Shown: piece after piece, positions 17,973-27,855 of the stretch
Position numbering within the stretch: position 1 is the first letter of the stretch
Layout: each line of letters opens with the position of its first letter
NCBI RefSeq assembly: GCF_000155895.1
Contig: NZ_DS995298.1
Coordinates: 540,001-572,000 of the forward strand
Reading direction: 5' to 3'
Length of the DNA stretch: 32,000 nucleotides
DNA from: Candidatus Pelagibacter sp. HTCC7211
GTDB taxonomy: Bacteria; Pseudomonadota; Alphaproteobacteria; Pelagibacterales; Pelagibacteraceae
Program-made: the position numbers and the translations under genes
Notes under the pieces: generated by a model
Seen by the model: only the letters and a program-made list of their open reading frames with translations
Told to the model about the DNA's origin: nothing
Database searches by the model: none

Positions 17973-19524
17973 TCAAAATCTTGGCAAAATCTTAATTGTT
18001 GATTTTGGTTCACAGTTCACTCAATTGATAGCAAGAAGAGTACGAGAATTAGGAGTTTTTTCTGAGATTGTAAGTCATAAAAAAATTAAATTAAAAGATA
18101 TTGATCAGACTATTAAAGGAATAATTTTGTCTGGAGGACCACTAAATGTTTATCAAATAGATAAATATTCATTTGATAAAAAAATTTTACAATTGAACAT
18201 ACCAATTCTAGGTATTTGTTTTGGACATCAAATACTTTCTAAACTTAATGGTGGCAAAGTTAAACAATCAAAACACCGTGAATTTGGTTTAGCAAATATC
18301 TATAAAAAAAATAATAGTCTTTTAACCTCTAATTTTTTTAAAAAGAGTAATACAAAAAAAGTTTGGATGAGTCATGCAGATCAAGTTTCAAAAATTCCAA
18401 GAAATTTTAGAGCAGTTGCTTCAAGTACAAATTCTAAATTTGCCATTGTTGAAGATAGAATTAAGAAATTTTATGGAGTTCAGTTTCATCCTGAAGTTAC
18501 ACATACTGAAAATGGAAAAAAAATAATTAGTAATTTCGTTTTTCTAATATGTAAAATTAAAAAAAATTGGTCATCTAAAGATCAAAAATTAAAGTTAATT
18601 AAAGATGTAAGAAGTCAAGTAGGATCAAATAAAGTGATTTGCGCATTATCAGGTGGTGTTGATAGTAGTGTAGTTGCGCAACTTCTGAACAAAGCCATAG
18701 GTAAAAAATTATTTTGTATTTTTGTTAATACCGGTCTTTTAAGAAAAAATGAAGAAATTCAAGTTGTTCAAACTTTTAAGAAACGTTTAAAAATGAATCT
18801 AATATATGTAAATGCTGAAAAAGAATTTTTAAAAAAATTATCTAATGTTTCAGATCCAGAAAAAAAAAGAAAAATAATTGGTAATTTATTTATTAAAATA
18901 TTTGAACGTTATGCTAAGAAGATAAAAAACGTAAAATTTTTAGCTCAAGGAACTCTTTATCCAGATTTAATTGAAAGTAAATCTGTTACAGGAAGTCAAA
19001 CTTCAAAAATAAAGTCTCATCACAATGTTGGAGGCTTACCTAAAAGAATGAAATTAAAACTTGTTGAGCCATTAAAGTTTTTATTTAAAGATGAAGTAAG
19101 AAAGCTTGGTTTAGAATTAAATTTAAATAATGAAATTATATCAAGACACCCTTTTCCGGGCCCTGGTCTTGCAATTAGAATGCCTGGTGTAATCACAAAT
19201 GAAAAAATAAAAATTTTAAAAGAAGCCGATCATTATTTTATTCAAGCATTAAGGGATCATGGACTTTATCACAAAATATGGCAAGCTTATGCAGCTCTAT
19301 TACCTGTCAAAACAGTAGGTGTTATGGGAGATAATAGAACTTATGAATATTTATGTTTGTTAAGAGCAATTACTTCTGAGGATGGAATGACAGCTGATTT
19401 TTATGAATTTAAAAAATCATTTATGCAAATTATCTCAAATAAAATTGTTAATAGCATTAGAGGTATTAATAGAGTGGTTTATGATGTTACTTCCAAGCCA
19501 CCTAGCACTATTGAATTAGAATGA
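17962..19524 (+). CDS. guaA: GMP synthase (glutamine-hydrolysing)
   Basis: GATase domain ([14 protein letters not shown]) followed by the ATP-PPase SGGVDSSV motif and a conserved C-terminus ([14 protein letters not shown]). Confidence 0.96.
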   Translation: MSLDQNLGKILIVDFGSQFTQLIARRVRELGVFSEIVSHKKIKLKDIDQTIKGIILSGGPLNVYQIDKYSFDKKILQLNIPILGICFGHQILSKLNGGKVKQSKHREFGLANIYKKNNSLLTSNFFKKSNTKKVWMSHADQVSKIPRNFRAVASSTNSKFAIVEDRIKKFYGVQFHPEVTHTENGKKIISNFVFLICKIKKNWSSKDQKLKLIKDVRSQVGSNKVICALSGGVDSSVVAQLLNKAIGKKLFCIFVNTGLLRKNEEIQVVQTFKKRLKMNLIYVNAEKEFLKKLSNVSDPEKKRKIIGNLFIKIFERYAKKIKNVKFLAQGTLYPDLIESKSVTGSQTSKIKSHHNVGGLPKRMKLKLVEPLKFLFKDEVRKLGLELNLNNEIISRHPFPGPGLAIRMPGVITNEKIKILKEADHYFIQALRDHGLYHKIWQAYAALLPVKTVGVMGDNRTYEYLCLLRAITSEDGMTADFYEFKKSFMQIISNKIVNSIRGINRVVYDVTSKPPSTIELE

Positions 19525-19575
19525 TTTTATAATTATAAACTATTTTAATTAAGTATTTAAAATCAATTTAAAAAA

Positions 19576-20349
19576 ATGAAAAAAAAAATTTCAAATTTTA
19601 TAAATAAAAAAAATAAATCAAAGATAGTAAGTTTAACAGCTTACTCAAAAAATATTGCTTCTATTTTAGATAATTTTTGTGATTTAATTTTAGTAGGTGA
19701 TTCTCTTGGATCTGTTTTATATAATTATAAATCTACAAGAGAGGTCACATTAAATATGATGATTGAACATTCTAAGAGTGTGAGAATGGGAGTTAAAAAA
19801 AGCTTAATGGTTGTTGATATGCCTTACAATACTTACAGAAACTCTAAAGAAGCATTAATAAATGCTAAAAAAATCATGACAAAAACTAAATGTGATGCAG
19901 TGAAATTAGAAGGCGGAAAGAAAATTTTTAAAATTGTTAAATTATTAGTTAAAAACAAAATTCCTGTTATGGGCCATTTAGGTGTATTACCGCAATCAGC
20001 AAAAAAATTTAAATTTAAGGGAAAAAAGATTTCAGAACGTAAAAAAATACTAAATGAAGCAAAACTATTAGAATCTGCTGGAGCATTTTCAATGGTCTTA
20101 GAATGTGTAGAAAGTAGCTTAGCAAAAATTATAACCAAAAATGTTAATATTCCAACAATCGGTATTGGAGCATCTGCGAACTGTGATGGTCAAGTTTTAG
20201 TAACAGATGATCTTTTAAGTCTTAACCCAATAAATGTTAGATTTGTTAAAAAATATTCTAATATTAGAAAAGAAATTGTTAAAGCTGTTTCAAATTATTC
20301 AGAAGAAGTAAGAAAAAAAACATTTCCTTCAAAAAAACACTCTTATTAA
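19576..20349 (+). CDS. panB: 3-methyl-2-oxobutanoate hydroxymethyltransferase
   Basis: LTAYSKNIASILDNFCDLILVGDSLGSV...VVDMPY...VKLEGG...GHLGVLPQS are PanB motifs. Confidence 0.9.
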   Translation: MKKKISNFINKKNKSKIVSLTAYSKNIASILDNFCDLILVGDSLGSVLYNYKSTREVTLNMMIEHSKSVRMGVKKSLMVVDMPYNTYRNSKEALINAKKIMTKTKCDAVKLEGGKKIFKIVKLLVKNKIPVMGHLGVLPQSAKKFKFKGKKISERKKILNEAKLLESAGAFSMVLECVESSLAKIITKNVNIPTIGIGASANCDGQVLVTDDLLSLNPINVRFVKKYSNIRKEIVKAVSNYSEEVRKKTFPSKKHSY

Positions 20350-20964
20350 TTAAAAATATTTAATAAAGTCTTCATTAATTTTAAGTATCTCTAAGTCAAC
20401 TAATCCACCAATAATTAATTGAAGCCCAACTATAAGAATAAATACTAAACCAACATAAGCAATCCACATATTTTTTTGAATGTATTTTGCCATAATTGTT
20501 GCTAGTGCTCCTGTTAAAACAACCGATAAAACTAGTCCAAAAATCATAAACCCAAAATAACCTTTGGCAGCTCCAACTACACCAATTACATTATCGAAAC
20601 TGATTGTAATATCTGCAAATAGTACCTTATATACACTTTGAATGTAGGATGGCTCTTTACCTTTTTTTGTTGGAGTTTTAACTTTGGTTTTCATCTCAAC
20701 CAAATCTTTTCTCAAATCATTTACTATCCAAATTAAAAGTAAACCACCTAGAATTTTAATGAAATAGAATTTAAAAAGATAAGTTGCAAATATTGCAAAA
20801 ACCACTTTAAATACTAATGCACCAGCTACTCCCCATAAAATTATTTGCTTTCTATATTTTGGGACAAAATTAGCTGCTATTAGGCCAATAATTATGGCGT
20901 TATCAGCTGCTAAAATTATATCTATAAAGATAATTTGGAGTAAAATTATGGCTTCTTCAATCAA
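20350..20964 (-). CDS. TerC/YjbE-family integral membrane protein
   Basis: Duplicated DNA(I/V)-type motifs (ILAADNAIIIG and SFDNVIGVVGAA) in a multi-pass membrane protein. TTG start. Its stop codon directly abuts the panB stop. Confidence 0.75.
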   Translation of the reverse strand: MIEEAIILLQIIFIDIILAADNAIIIGLIAANFVPKYRKQIILWGVAGALVFKVVFAIFATYLFKFYFIKILGGLLLIWIVNDLRKDLVEMKTKVKTPTKKGKEPSYIQSVYKVLFADITISFDNVIGVVGAAKGYFGFMIFGLVLSVVLTGALATIMAKYIQKNMWIAYVGLVFILIVGLQLIIGGLVDLEILKINEDFIKYF

Positions 20965-21089
20965 GGTGTATTGATAATATTAAAATATTACAGGAAAGCA
21001 ATATATTAAAGATTTAATTATAAACAATTTTTTAAATTGATTTTGAACTAGATTCATAATGAAATAACTATTTTAAAAAAGGAGTATTG

Positions 21090-22064
21090 ATGAAAATAAT
21101 AAATAAAGTGTTAACAATTTTTTTAGCATTATTGTTAACTTCAAATTTTGCATCATCTGCAGAAAAATGGGATATGGCACTAGCTTATGGTGCATCTAAT
21201 TTTCATTCTGCAAATGCTACGGAATTTGCTAAAAATGTATCAGATAAAAGTGGTGGTAAACTAACTATAGTAACTCACCCTGGTGGATCATTATATAAAG
21301 GTGGAGAAATCTTTAGAGCAGTCCGAACTGGACAAGCTCAAATTGGAGAAAGATTTATGTCTGCTTTAGGTAAAGAAGATCCTTTATTAGAAATAGACTC
21401 ACAACCTTTCTTAGCTTCATCGTATGATGATGCAATGAAACTATATATGGCTTCAAAACCAGAAATTGTTAAAGGCTTAGATTCAAAAGGTTTAGTTTTT
21501 TTATATGCTGTACCATGGCCAGCTCAAGGTCTTTATAGCAAAAAGGAAATCAACTCTAAAGATGATCTTAAAGGTTTAAAGTTTAGAGCTTATAACTCAT
21601 CTTTAATTAGATTGGCTGAACTAACAGGAATGGCACCAACTAAAATTGAAGCGGCAGAAATAAGTCAGGCTTTTTCAACTGGAGCAGTTGAAAGTATGAT
21701 TACATCACCTACTACTGGAAAAAATAGTAAAATATGGGAAAATGGTGTGAAGTATTTTTATGATATCGCAGCTTGGTATCCAAAAAATATGATAATTGTA
21801 AACAAAAATGCTTGGAGCAAGTTAGATTCTGCAACTCAAAAATTAGTTATGTCTGAAGCTGCTATAGCTGAAAAAAAAGGTTGGGCTCTTTCTAAAAAGG
21901 GAAATACAGCTGATAAAAAAGCTTTGGCAGATGCAGGTATGACAGTAGGAAAAGTTAACTCTGCTTTGAACAATCACTTTAAAGAAGTTGGATCAACAAT
22001 GTCAAAAGAATGGGCTAGTAGAGCTGGTTCTAGAGGACAATCTGTTCTAGCTGCTTACAATTAA
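21090..22064 (+). CDS. dctP: TRAP transporter substrate-binding protein (DctP family), system 1
   Basis: Signal peptide ...NFASSA|EKW and the DctP-family core (DLKGLKFRAYNS, AVESMITSP). I chose the ATG at 21090, 5 nt after AAGGAG, over the track's TTG at 21087. Confidence 0.85.
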   Translation: MKIINKVLTIFLALLLTSNFASSAEKWDMALAYGASNFHSANATEFAKNVSDKSGGKLTIVTHPGGSLYKGGEIFRAVRTGQAQIGERFMSALGKEDPLLEIDSQPFLASSYDDAMKLYMASKPEIVKGLDSKGLVFLYAVPWPAQGLYSKKEINSKDDLKGLKFRAYNSSLIRLAELTGMAPTKIEAAEISQAFSTGAVESMITSPTTGKNSKIWENGVKYFYDIAAWYPKNMIIVNKNAWSKLDSATQKLVMSEAAIAEKKGWALSKKGNTADKKALADAGMTVGKVNSALNNHFKEVGSTMSKEWASRAGSRGQSVLAAYN

Positions 22065-22085
22065 AAAGTTATATTATATATTAAT

Positions 22086-22118
22086 AAAGGCCGTTTAAAT
22101 TAAAACGGCCTTTTTATT
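22086..22118 (+). terminator. Intercistronic stem-loop / partial terminator between dctP and dctQ (system 1)
   Basis: aaaGGCCGTTTaaattaAAACGGCCttttt: an 11-bp perfect inverted repeat (22086-22096 with 22103-22113), then a T-run. The dctQ ATG follows at 22119. Confidence 0.7.
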
Positions 22119-22610
22119 ATGATAAAACAAATTAATAAAAATTTAACTCTTCTTTATATTGGGTCAGGTTATTTAGCTGCTTTTTTTTTAATAGCAGTAC
22201 TACTGTTTATACTTACAGGTATCTCATCTAGAATTTTTGGTTTTTATATAAGAGGTTTAGCTGAGTACTCAGGCTACTCCATGGCTGCATCATCTTTTTT
22301 TGCATTGTCATATACATTTTATGACAAAGCTCATATCAGAATAACTTTATTTTTAGAGAAACTAAAACCACTAAATAAAAAATTAGCTGAGATTTGGTGC
22401 TTGTTTGTTGCAACAATTTTTTCAGGGTTTTTAGCATTTTATTTTACTAAAATGACTTATATCTCTATTAAATTTGAAGAACGTAGCGAGGGAGCAGATG
22501 AGGTTTTAATATGGATACCTCAATCTTCTGTAGCACTTGGTTCTATTATTTTTTTTATATGTGTATTTCATCATTTAATTAATTCAGTTTTAGGTAAAAA
22601 AATTAAATAG
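22119..22610 (+). CDS. dctQ: TRAP transporter small permease (DctQ family), system 1
   Basis: 163 aa with four hydrophobic helices, positioned between the SBP gene and dctM. Confidence 0.8.
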   Translation: MIKQINKNLTLLYIGSGYLAAFFLIAVLLFILTGISSRIFGFYIRGLAEYSGYSMAASSFFALSYTFYDKAHIRITLFLEKLKPLNKKLAEIWCLFVATIFSGFLAFYFTKMTYISIKFEERSEGADEVLIWIPQSSVALGSIIFFICVFHHLINSVLGKKIK

Positions 22611-22612
22611 TT

Positions 22613-23923
22613 ATGAATGAAGTATTTTTAACAATCTTTTTTATTTCTCTACTATTATTTTTACTTGGATCAGGAGTTTGGGTTGCTCTTAGTATGATTG
22701 CTGTTTCAGCAATTGGTATGATGCTTTTTACAACTAGACCAGTTGGAGATGCTATGGCAACTACCATTTGGGGGACAAGCTCATCATGGACTTTAACTGC
22801 ATTACCATTATTTGTTTGGATGGGAGAAATATTATTTAGGACAAAGCTCTCAGAAAATTTATTTAAAGGTCTGTCTCCATGGTTATCAAAATTACCTGGA
22901 GGATTAATTCATGTTAATGTTGTTGGTTGCGGATTATTTGCTGCTATTTCAGGATCTTCAGCAGCAACTGTTGCAACAGTAGGCAAAATGTCAATACCAG
23001 AATTAAGAAAAAGAAAATACCCGGAAAAAATTCTTCTTGGAAGTTTAGCTGGCTCAGGAACTCTTGGATTATTAATTCCACCATCAATAATATTGATAAT
23101 ATATGGAGTTACAATTGAAGATTCTATAGCTAAACTATTTATGGCAGGAATTCTTCCAGGAATAATGCTTGCAGTTATTTTCATGCTTTATGTTGTTATT
23201 TGGTCGACAATTAACAAAAAGCAGATGCCTACAATTTCTGAAAATTTCTCATTTTTAGAAAAAATTAAAAAATCAAAACAATTATTACCGGTTGTTTTGC
23301 TTATAACTGCAGTCATTGGATCAATTTATACCGGTATAGCAACTGCAACAGAGGCCGCATCACTAGGTGTTGTTGGTGCATTAATTTTATCTTTATTTCA
23401 AGGAACTCTAAATAAAAACTCATTTAAATTATCTTTATTAGGAGCAACAAAAACATCATGTATGATTGCATTTATTTTAGCTGGTTCTACTTTTCTTTCA
23501 TTAGCAATGGGCTTTACAGGTTTACCTAGAAATCTTGCAATTTGGATACAAGAATTAAGTCTATCCCCTTATATGTTAATTTTTATTTTGACTATTTTTT
23601 ACATTATTCTTGGAATGTTTTTGGATGGAATTTCAGCTGTAGTTTTAACAATGGCAATCATAGAGCCTATGATCAGACAAGCTGGTTTTGATATGATTTG
23701 GTTTGGAATTTATCTTGTTATTGTTGTTGAGATGGCACAAATCACTCCACCGGTAGGTTTTAATTTATTTGTGCTACAAGGAATGGCAAATAAAGATATG
23801 TCATTTATTGCAAAAAGTGCTTTTCCACTCTTTTTACTTATGATCTTAGCAGTCATAATTATAATTATTTTTCCTGAAATAGCTTTATGGCTGCCAGATC
23901 AAATGTCTCAGAATATTAATTAA
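22613..23923 (+). CDS. dctM: TRAP transporter large permease (DctM family), system 1
   Basis: 436 aa polytopic protein. SGSSAATVATVGKMSIPELRKRKY and ITPPVGFNLFVLQG are typical DctM motifs. Confidence 0.9.
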   Translation: MNEVFLTIFFISLLLFLLGSGVWVALSMIAVSAIGMMLFTTRPVGDAMATTIWGTSSSWTLTALPLFVWMGEILFRTKLSENLFKGLSPWLSKLPGGLIHVNVVGCGLFAAISGSSAATVATVGKMSIPELRKRKYPEKILLGSLAGSGTLGLLIPPSIILIIYGVTIEDSIAKLFMAGILPGIMLAVIFMLYVVIWSTINKKQMPTISENFSFLEKIKKSKQLLPVVLLITAVIGSIYTGIATATEAASLGVVGALILSLFQGTLNKNSFKLSLLGATKTSCMIAFILAGSTFLSLAMGFTGLPRNLAIWIQELSLSPYMLIFILTIFYIILGMFLDGISAVVLTMAIIEPMIRQAGFDMIWFGIYLVIVVEMAQITPPVGFNLFVLQGMANKDMSFIAKSAFPLFLLMILAVIIIIIFPEIALWLPDQMSQNIN

Positions 23924-23925
23924 AA

Positions 23926-24417
23926 TTAATATTTAGATTTTTTCTTTCCTTCAATTATTTCTTTAAGCTCATCGTATTCTTCACAATTACAAGTTTTTAA
24001 AATAGCAAGACGTTCTTTAGCTAAATCTATTCGATTTGTTACTACATAAAGCTCGCCTAAATACTCGTTAATACCAACGTGGTTTGGTTCAATCTGTAAA
24101 CCTTGCAAATAATACATTTCACCGCCCTTGTAATCTCCAAGTTTTCTTGTTGTGAAACCAAGATAATTTAGAGTGTCTGCTTTATTAGGTGTTTTGCTAT
24201 TAGATGCTAGTAATAGTTTTTGAGCTTTTTCATATCTTTTCTTTGCTTTTTCTTTTTTATCTTTCTTTTCATATTTTTTGGCTGACTCAATAAGTTTAAC
24301 TGCCTTATCGTAATCAGATTTTACTTTAGTAGAACTATCACTACTAGTTCCTGCTGAATATGAACTTACAGTTAGCAAAGTGAGTATTGAAAAAGTTAAT
24401 AAAATTTTTTTAATCAT
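23926..24417 (-). CDS. Small exported TPR-repeat protein (second copy of this architecture)
   Basis: Signal peptide MIKKILLTFSILTLLTVSSYSA, a K/E-rich linker, TPR helices (LNYLGFTTRKLGDYKGGEMYYLQGLQIEPNHVGINEYLGELY) and a C-terminal CNCEEYDELKEII motif. A TAATG junction joins it to the pxpA stop. Confidence 0.6.
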   Translation of the reverse strand: MIKKILLTFSILTLLTVSSYSAGTSSDSSTKVKSDYDKAVKLIESAKKYEKKDKKEKAKKRYEKAQKLLLASNSKTPNKADTLNYLGFTTRKLGDYKGGEMYYLQGLQIEPNHVGINEYLGELYVVTNRIDLAKERLAILKTCNCEEYDELKEIIEGKKKSKY

Positions 24418-25190
24418 TACAAAAATTTCTCCATTAAATTTAAAGGTTTTAAAATAAGTCCATTCTCTACTAAGTTTTCTCTTATCGATTTAGCAGTAGC
24501 GAGTGAACTTTCATTATCTCCATGTATGCATACAGAGTCTATTTCACAAGGTATCTGCTTTCCACTGTGACAATTAAGTGCCTGATTTTTTACCATATTT
24601 AACACATGTTTTTTAGCTTGTTCTGGATCTGTTATTAGTGCGTGAGATTTTTTTCTCGAAACTAAGTTTCCATCATCCTCATAATTTCTATCAGCAAAAA
24701 TTTCACAGGCTATTTTCATATTTAATTTTTTTGCTGCCTCTTCCATTTTTGATCCGGTTGGTACTAGATAAATCAAATCTTTACTTATTTCATTGATAGC
24801 TTTAGCTAAAGTAGTAGCAAGTTCGATATCTTCGCATGCCATATTATTTAATGCACCGTGTGGTTTGATATGAGTAACCTTTTCCCCATGATTTTCAGAT
24901 ATTTTTTGTAAAATTTCGTATTGGTCAATAATTAATTTACGGATCTCAGCTGCAGATAGATTCATTCTCTGTCTTCCAAAATTTTCTGGATCGTTAAATG
25001 ATGGATGGGCTCCAATACTAACGCTATTTTTTTTTGATATTTCCACTACTTGATTCATTGACTCGTTATCACCAGCATGAAAACCACAGGCGACATTAGC
25101 TGAATTTACTATTTCAAGTAAATCAGGATCATACTTATTAGAATGATGTTTAGATTTTTCACCTAAATCACAATTTATATTAATTTCCAT
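24417..25190 (-). CDS. pxpA: 5-oxoprolinase subunit A (LamB/YcsF family)
   Basis: The homology-supported start is MEININCDLGE (cat at 25188-25190). ACGFHAGD and IGAHPSFND motifs are present. The track's 294-aa version adds 37 non-homologous residues and would overlap pxpB. Confidence 0.85.
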   Translation of the reverse strand: MEININCDLGEKSKHHSNKYDPDLLEIVNSANVACGFHAGDNESMNQVVEISKKNSVSIGAHPSFNDPENFGRQRMNLSAAEIRKLIIDQYEILQKISENHGEKVTHIKPHGALNNMACEDIELATTLAKAINEISKDLIYLVPTGSKMEEAAKKLNMKIACEIFADRNYEDDGNLVSRKKSHALITDPEQAKKHVLNMVKNQALNCHSGKQIPCEIDSVCIHGDNESSLATAKSIRENLVENGLILKPLNLMEKFL

Positions 25191-25218
25191 AGTCTTAATT
25201 GTTGAAGTATAACATGAC

Positions 25219-25893
25219 ATGATAAAAAATATATCAAATCTTGGTGACGCAGCTTTATACTGTGATTTTGGTACTGAGGTTAACAAAGATATTAATTCCA
25301 AAGTAATTAAACTTTTTGAAACTATTAGAGAGAAAAATATAGAAGGAATAAATAACCTTACTCCTTCTTATAATAAATTAATAGTTTCCTTTGATCTTAA
25401 AATAACAAATTTTAAAAAAATTAAAGAAATAGTCGAGAATATTCAAATTAAGGAAACTCAAAAGTTAAATAATAAAAAATTAGAAATTCCTGTTTGTTGC
25501 GACTCATCATTTTCTCTAGATATTGAAAGGTTAGAAAAAAAATTAAATTTGGATAGAGAGCAAATTTTAGAAGTTTTTTTTAATAAAGAATTTTTTTGTT
25601 ATATGACTGGATTTATTGCTGGTATGCCATTTTTAGGAGATTTAGAGGAAAAAATGAGGGCACAACGTTTAGAAACTCCTAGAGTAAAAGTACCAAAAGG
25701 ATCAATAGGACTTACAGAACAATTTGCAAATATCTATACTTTTGAAAGCCCTGGTGGGTGGAACATTATTGGAAATACTCCATTAAATGTATTCGATATT
25801 GCAAAAGAAAAAGAACCCAATCTTATTAATCCTGGAGACAAAGTAAAATTTAAAAGAATATCAATGGAAGAGTATAAAGACTTAAATGGATAA
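25219..25893 (+). CDS. pxpB: 5-oxoprolinase subunit B (KipI/AHS1 family)
   Basis: GDAALYCDFG...LTPSYNKLIVSFD...YMTGFIAGMPFLG...ESPGGWNIIGNTP. Confidence 0.85.
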   Translation: MIKNISNLGDAALYCDFGTEVNKDINSKVIKLFETIREKNIEGINNLTPSYNKLIVSFDLKITNFKKIKEIVENIQIKETQKLNNKKLEIPVCCDSSFSLDIERLEKKLNLDREQILEVFFNKEFFCYMTGFIAGMPFLGDLEEKMRAQRLETPRVKVPKGSIGLTEQFANIYTFESPGGWNIIGNTPLNVFDIAKEKEPNLINPGDKVKFKRISMEEYKDLNG

Positions 25894-26830
25894 TAATTAT
25901 TTTGAGATAAAAAGGGCAGGTATAAATACAACTTTTCAAGATAAGGGAAGAAATAATTTATATCACATAGGAATTCCTTTTAGTGGAGCCATGGATAATA
26001 GAAATTTTCTTTTAGCAAATAAATTAGTTGGGAATAAAGTTGATTCACCAGTAATTGAATTTGCATACCAGGGACCTTTATTAAAGTTCAATGGTGACAA
26101 GATAACAATAACTGTTACCGGAGATGTTATTTTTAAATTAAATAAAAAAAATAATGAAATAGAGGGAAGATGTTACGAAACCTATCAACTAGAAAATGGT
26201 GATGAGATTAATATTTTATCAACCAATAAATCTGTATATGGTTATTTAGCAATTAGTGGAGAGATTGATTTAAAATTTCAATGGGGAAGCTGCTCTATAA
26301 ATACTAAAGCTAATATTGGATCAAATGATGGAAAAAAACTTACCAATGAACAAAAAATAAATATCCGTAAAATAAATTCAAACCAAAAAAATAAAAAAAT
26401 TGATTATTTAAATTCGAAGATAGAAAATATTAGAGTTATTAAAGGTACTAATTTTGATTATTTTTCAGAAGAAGGAAAAAAAACTTTTTTTGAGAAACAA
26501 TTCACAGTTTCGAAATTATCCGACAGAATGGGCATGAGATTAGAGGGTCCAAAAATTGAAAATATAGTAAATACAAATATTAAATCAGAAGGTTTATTAA
26601 AAGGAGTTATACAGGTCCCAGCTGATGGAAATCCAATCATTATGTTATCAGACCATGGTACAATTGGTGGATATCCAAAAATTGGAGTAGTTGCCAGTGT
26701 TGATTATGACAGATTGGTTCAAATTTCACCTGGATCAAAAATAAAGTTTAAAGAAATAGATTTATCTGATGCAGAAACTTTATTTAAGTTATATGAGATG
26801 GAAACTCAAAATTTAATCTCACAAATTTAA
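25886..26830 (+). CDS. pxpC: 5-oxoprolinase subunit C (KipA/AHS2 family)
   Basis: TTFQDKGR...GIPFSGAMDNRNFLLANKLVGN...SDRMGMRLEG...GTIGGYPKIG. It overlaps pxpB by 8 nt. Confidence 0.85.
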   Translation: MDNNYFEIKRAGINTTFQDKGRNNLYHIGIPFSGAMDNRNFLLANKLVGNKVDSPVIEFAYQGPLLKFNGDKITITVTGDVIFKLNKKNNEIEGRCYETYQLENGDEINILSTNKSVYGYLAISGEIDLKFQWGSCSINTKANIGSNDGKKLTNEQKINIRKINSNQKNKKIDYLNSKIENIRVIKGTNFDYFSEEGKKTFFEKQFTVSKLSDRMGMRLEGPKIENIVNTNIKSEGLLKGVIQVPADGNPIIMLSDHGTIGGYPKIGVVASVDYDRLVQISPGSKIKFKEIDLSDAETLFKLYEMETQNLISQI

Positions 26831-27708
26831 TGAATTTAATATCAAAATTACCAGGACCTTTTTTAATTTTTTTAGGTGCTTTTAGTCTAAGTTTTGGTGG
26901 GTTAATTGTTAAATCATTTGAAGGCGCAACTTTATGGCAAATTTTATTTTGGAGATCTTTATTTTTTTCACTTACAGTTCTGACGTTTCTTTTAATAAGT
27001 TACAAAAAGAAAACATTTAAAGCATTTAAAGACTCTGGTTTTCCAGGATTTTTTGGAGGTATTATTTTATCTTTTGGTTTCTGTGGATATGTGTTTGCTA
27101 TGTATAATACTACTGTTGCTAACACAAATTTTATTATTTCACTTCAAATTTTATTTCTTGCGATATTTGGATATTTTTTTTTAAAAGAGAAGATTTCAGC
27201 TATCACATTTACATCAATTATTTTAGCAATGACAGGAGTTTTGCTTATGGTTGGAAATTCATTAACACCAGGTGAATTATCAGGAAATTTAGCTGCTTTT
27301 ACAATGCCAATTACTTTTGCAGTGTTAATTATGATAGTCAGAAAATTTCCAACAGTAGATATGGTTCCAGCACAATTTGTTGCAGGTATTTGTTCTTGCT
27401 TAATCGGTTATTTACTTTCATCAAAGATAATGATTTCACCACATGATATTTTTTTAGGTTTTTTAGCTGGTTGTTTTCAAGTTGGTCTTGGATTTATATT
27501 TATAACAACTGGAGCTAGAACAACCCCTTCAGCAATGGTAGGAATAATCATGTTGTCAGAGTCTGTTTTAGGACCTCTTTGGGCTTTTTTATTCGTGAGT
27601 GAAAGACCCTCATTATTTGGATTAATCGGAGGAGCCATCATTTTATTTGCTGTACTTATACAATTTTACTCACTTCTGGTTAAGAGTAAAAAAAGTATCT
27701 CTCACTAA
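26830..27708 (+). CDS. DMT superfamily (EamA-type) transporter
   Basis: 292 aa, about ten hydrophobic helices in a two-fold EamA-like arrangement. A TAATG junction joins it to pxpC. Confidence 0.7.
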   Translation: MNLISKLPGPFLIFLGAFSLSFGGLIVKSFEGATLWQILFWRSLFFSLTVLTFLLISYKKKTFKAFKDSGFPGFFGGIILSFGFCGYVFAMYNTTVANTNFIISLQILFLAIFGYFFLKEKISAITFTSIILAMTGVLLMVGNSLTPGELSGNLAAFTMPITFAVLIMIVRKFPTVDMVPAQFVAGICSCLIGYLLSSKIMISPHDIFLGFLAGCFQVGLGFIFITTGARTTPSAMVGIIMLSESVLGPLWAFLFVSERPSLFGLIGGAIILFAVLIQFYSLLVKSKKSISH

Positions 27709-27736
27709 ACTTAAATAGATTAACTTTAAGATTAAA

Positions 27737-27762
27737 TTAAACACAATCTTTCATGTGTTTAA
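27737..27762 (+). other. 9-bp inverted repeat TTAAACACA-N8-TGTGTTTAA (weak terminator or operator)
   Basis: 27737-27745 is the reverse complement of 27754-27762. It lies 29 nt after the EamA stop and has no strong T-run. Confidence 0.3.
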
Positions 27763-27855
27763 TACTTCATATTCCACTATCGACTCAATTGTAAATTTAG
27801 ATTACTATAATTCAAAATATTTAGACAATGTTTAATTTAATTGAAAGGATATAAT

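Noticed and set aside
20965-21086. Possible yybP-ykoY (Mn) riboswitch upstream of the TerC-family gene, plus the AT palindrome TAATATT-AA-AATATTA at 20975-20990
   Set aside because: The leader, read on the minus strand, is almost pure A/T and lacks the GC-rich conserved helices of yybP-ykoY. A 7-bp A/T palindrome is expected by chance at this composition.
25191-25301. N-terminal 37-residue extension of the pxpA ORF as given in the track (MELISLLTSVPKSQYKAASPRFDIFFIMSCYTSTIKT)
   Set aside because: It has no similarity to the LamB/YcsF N-terminus, which begins at MEININCDLGE. It would overlap the pxpB coding start on the other strand.
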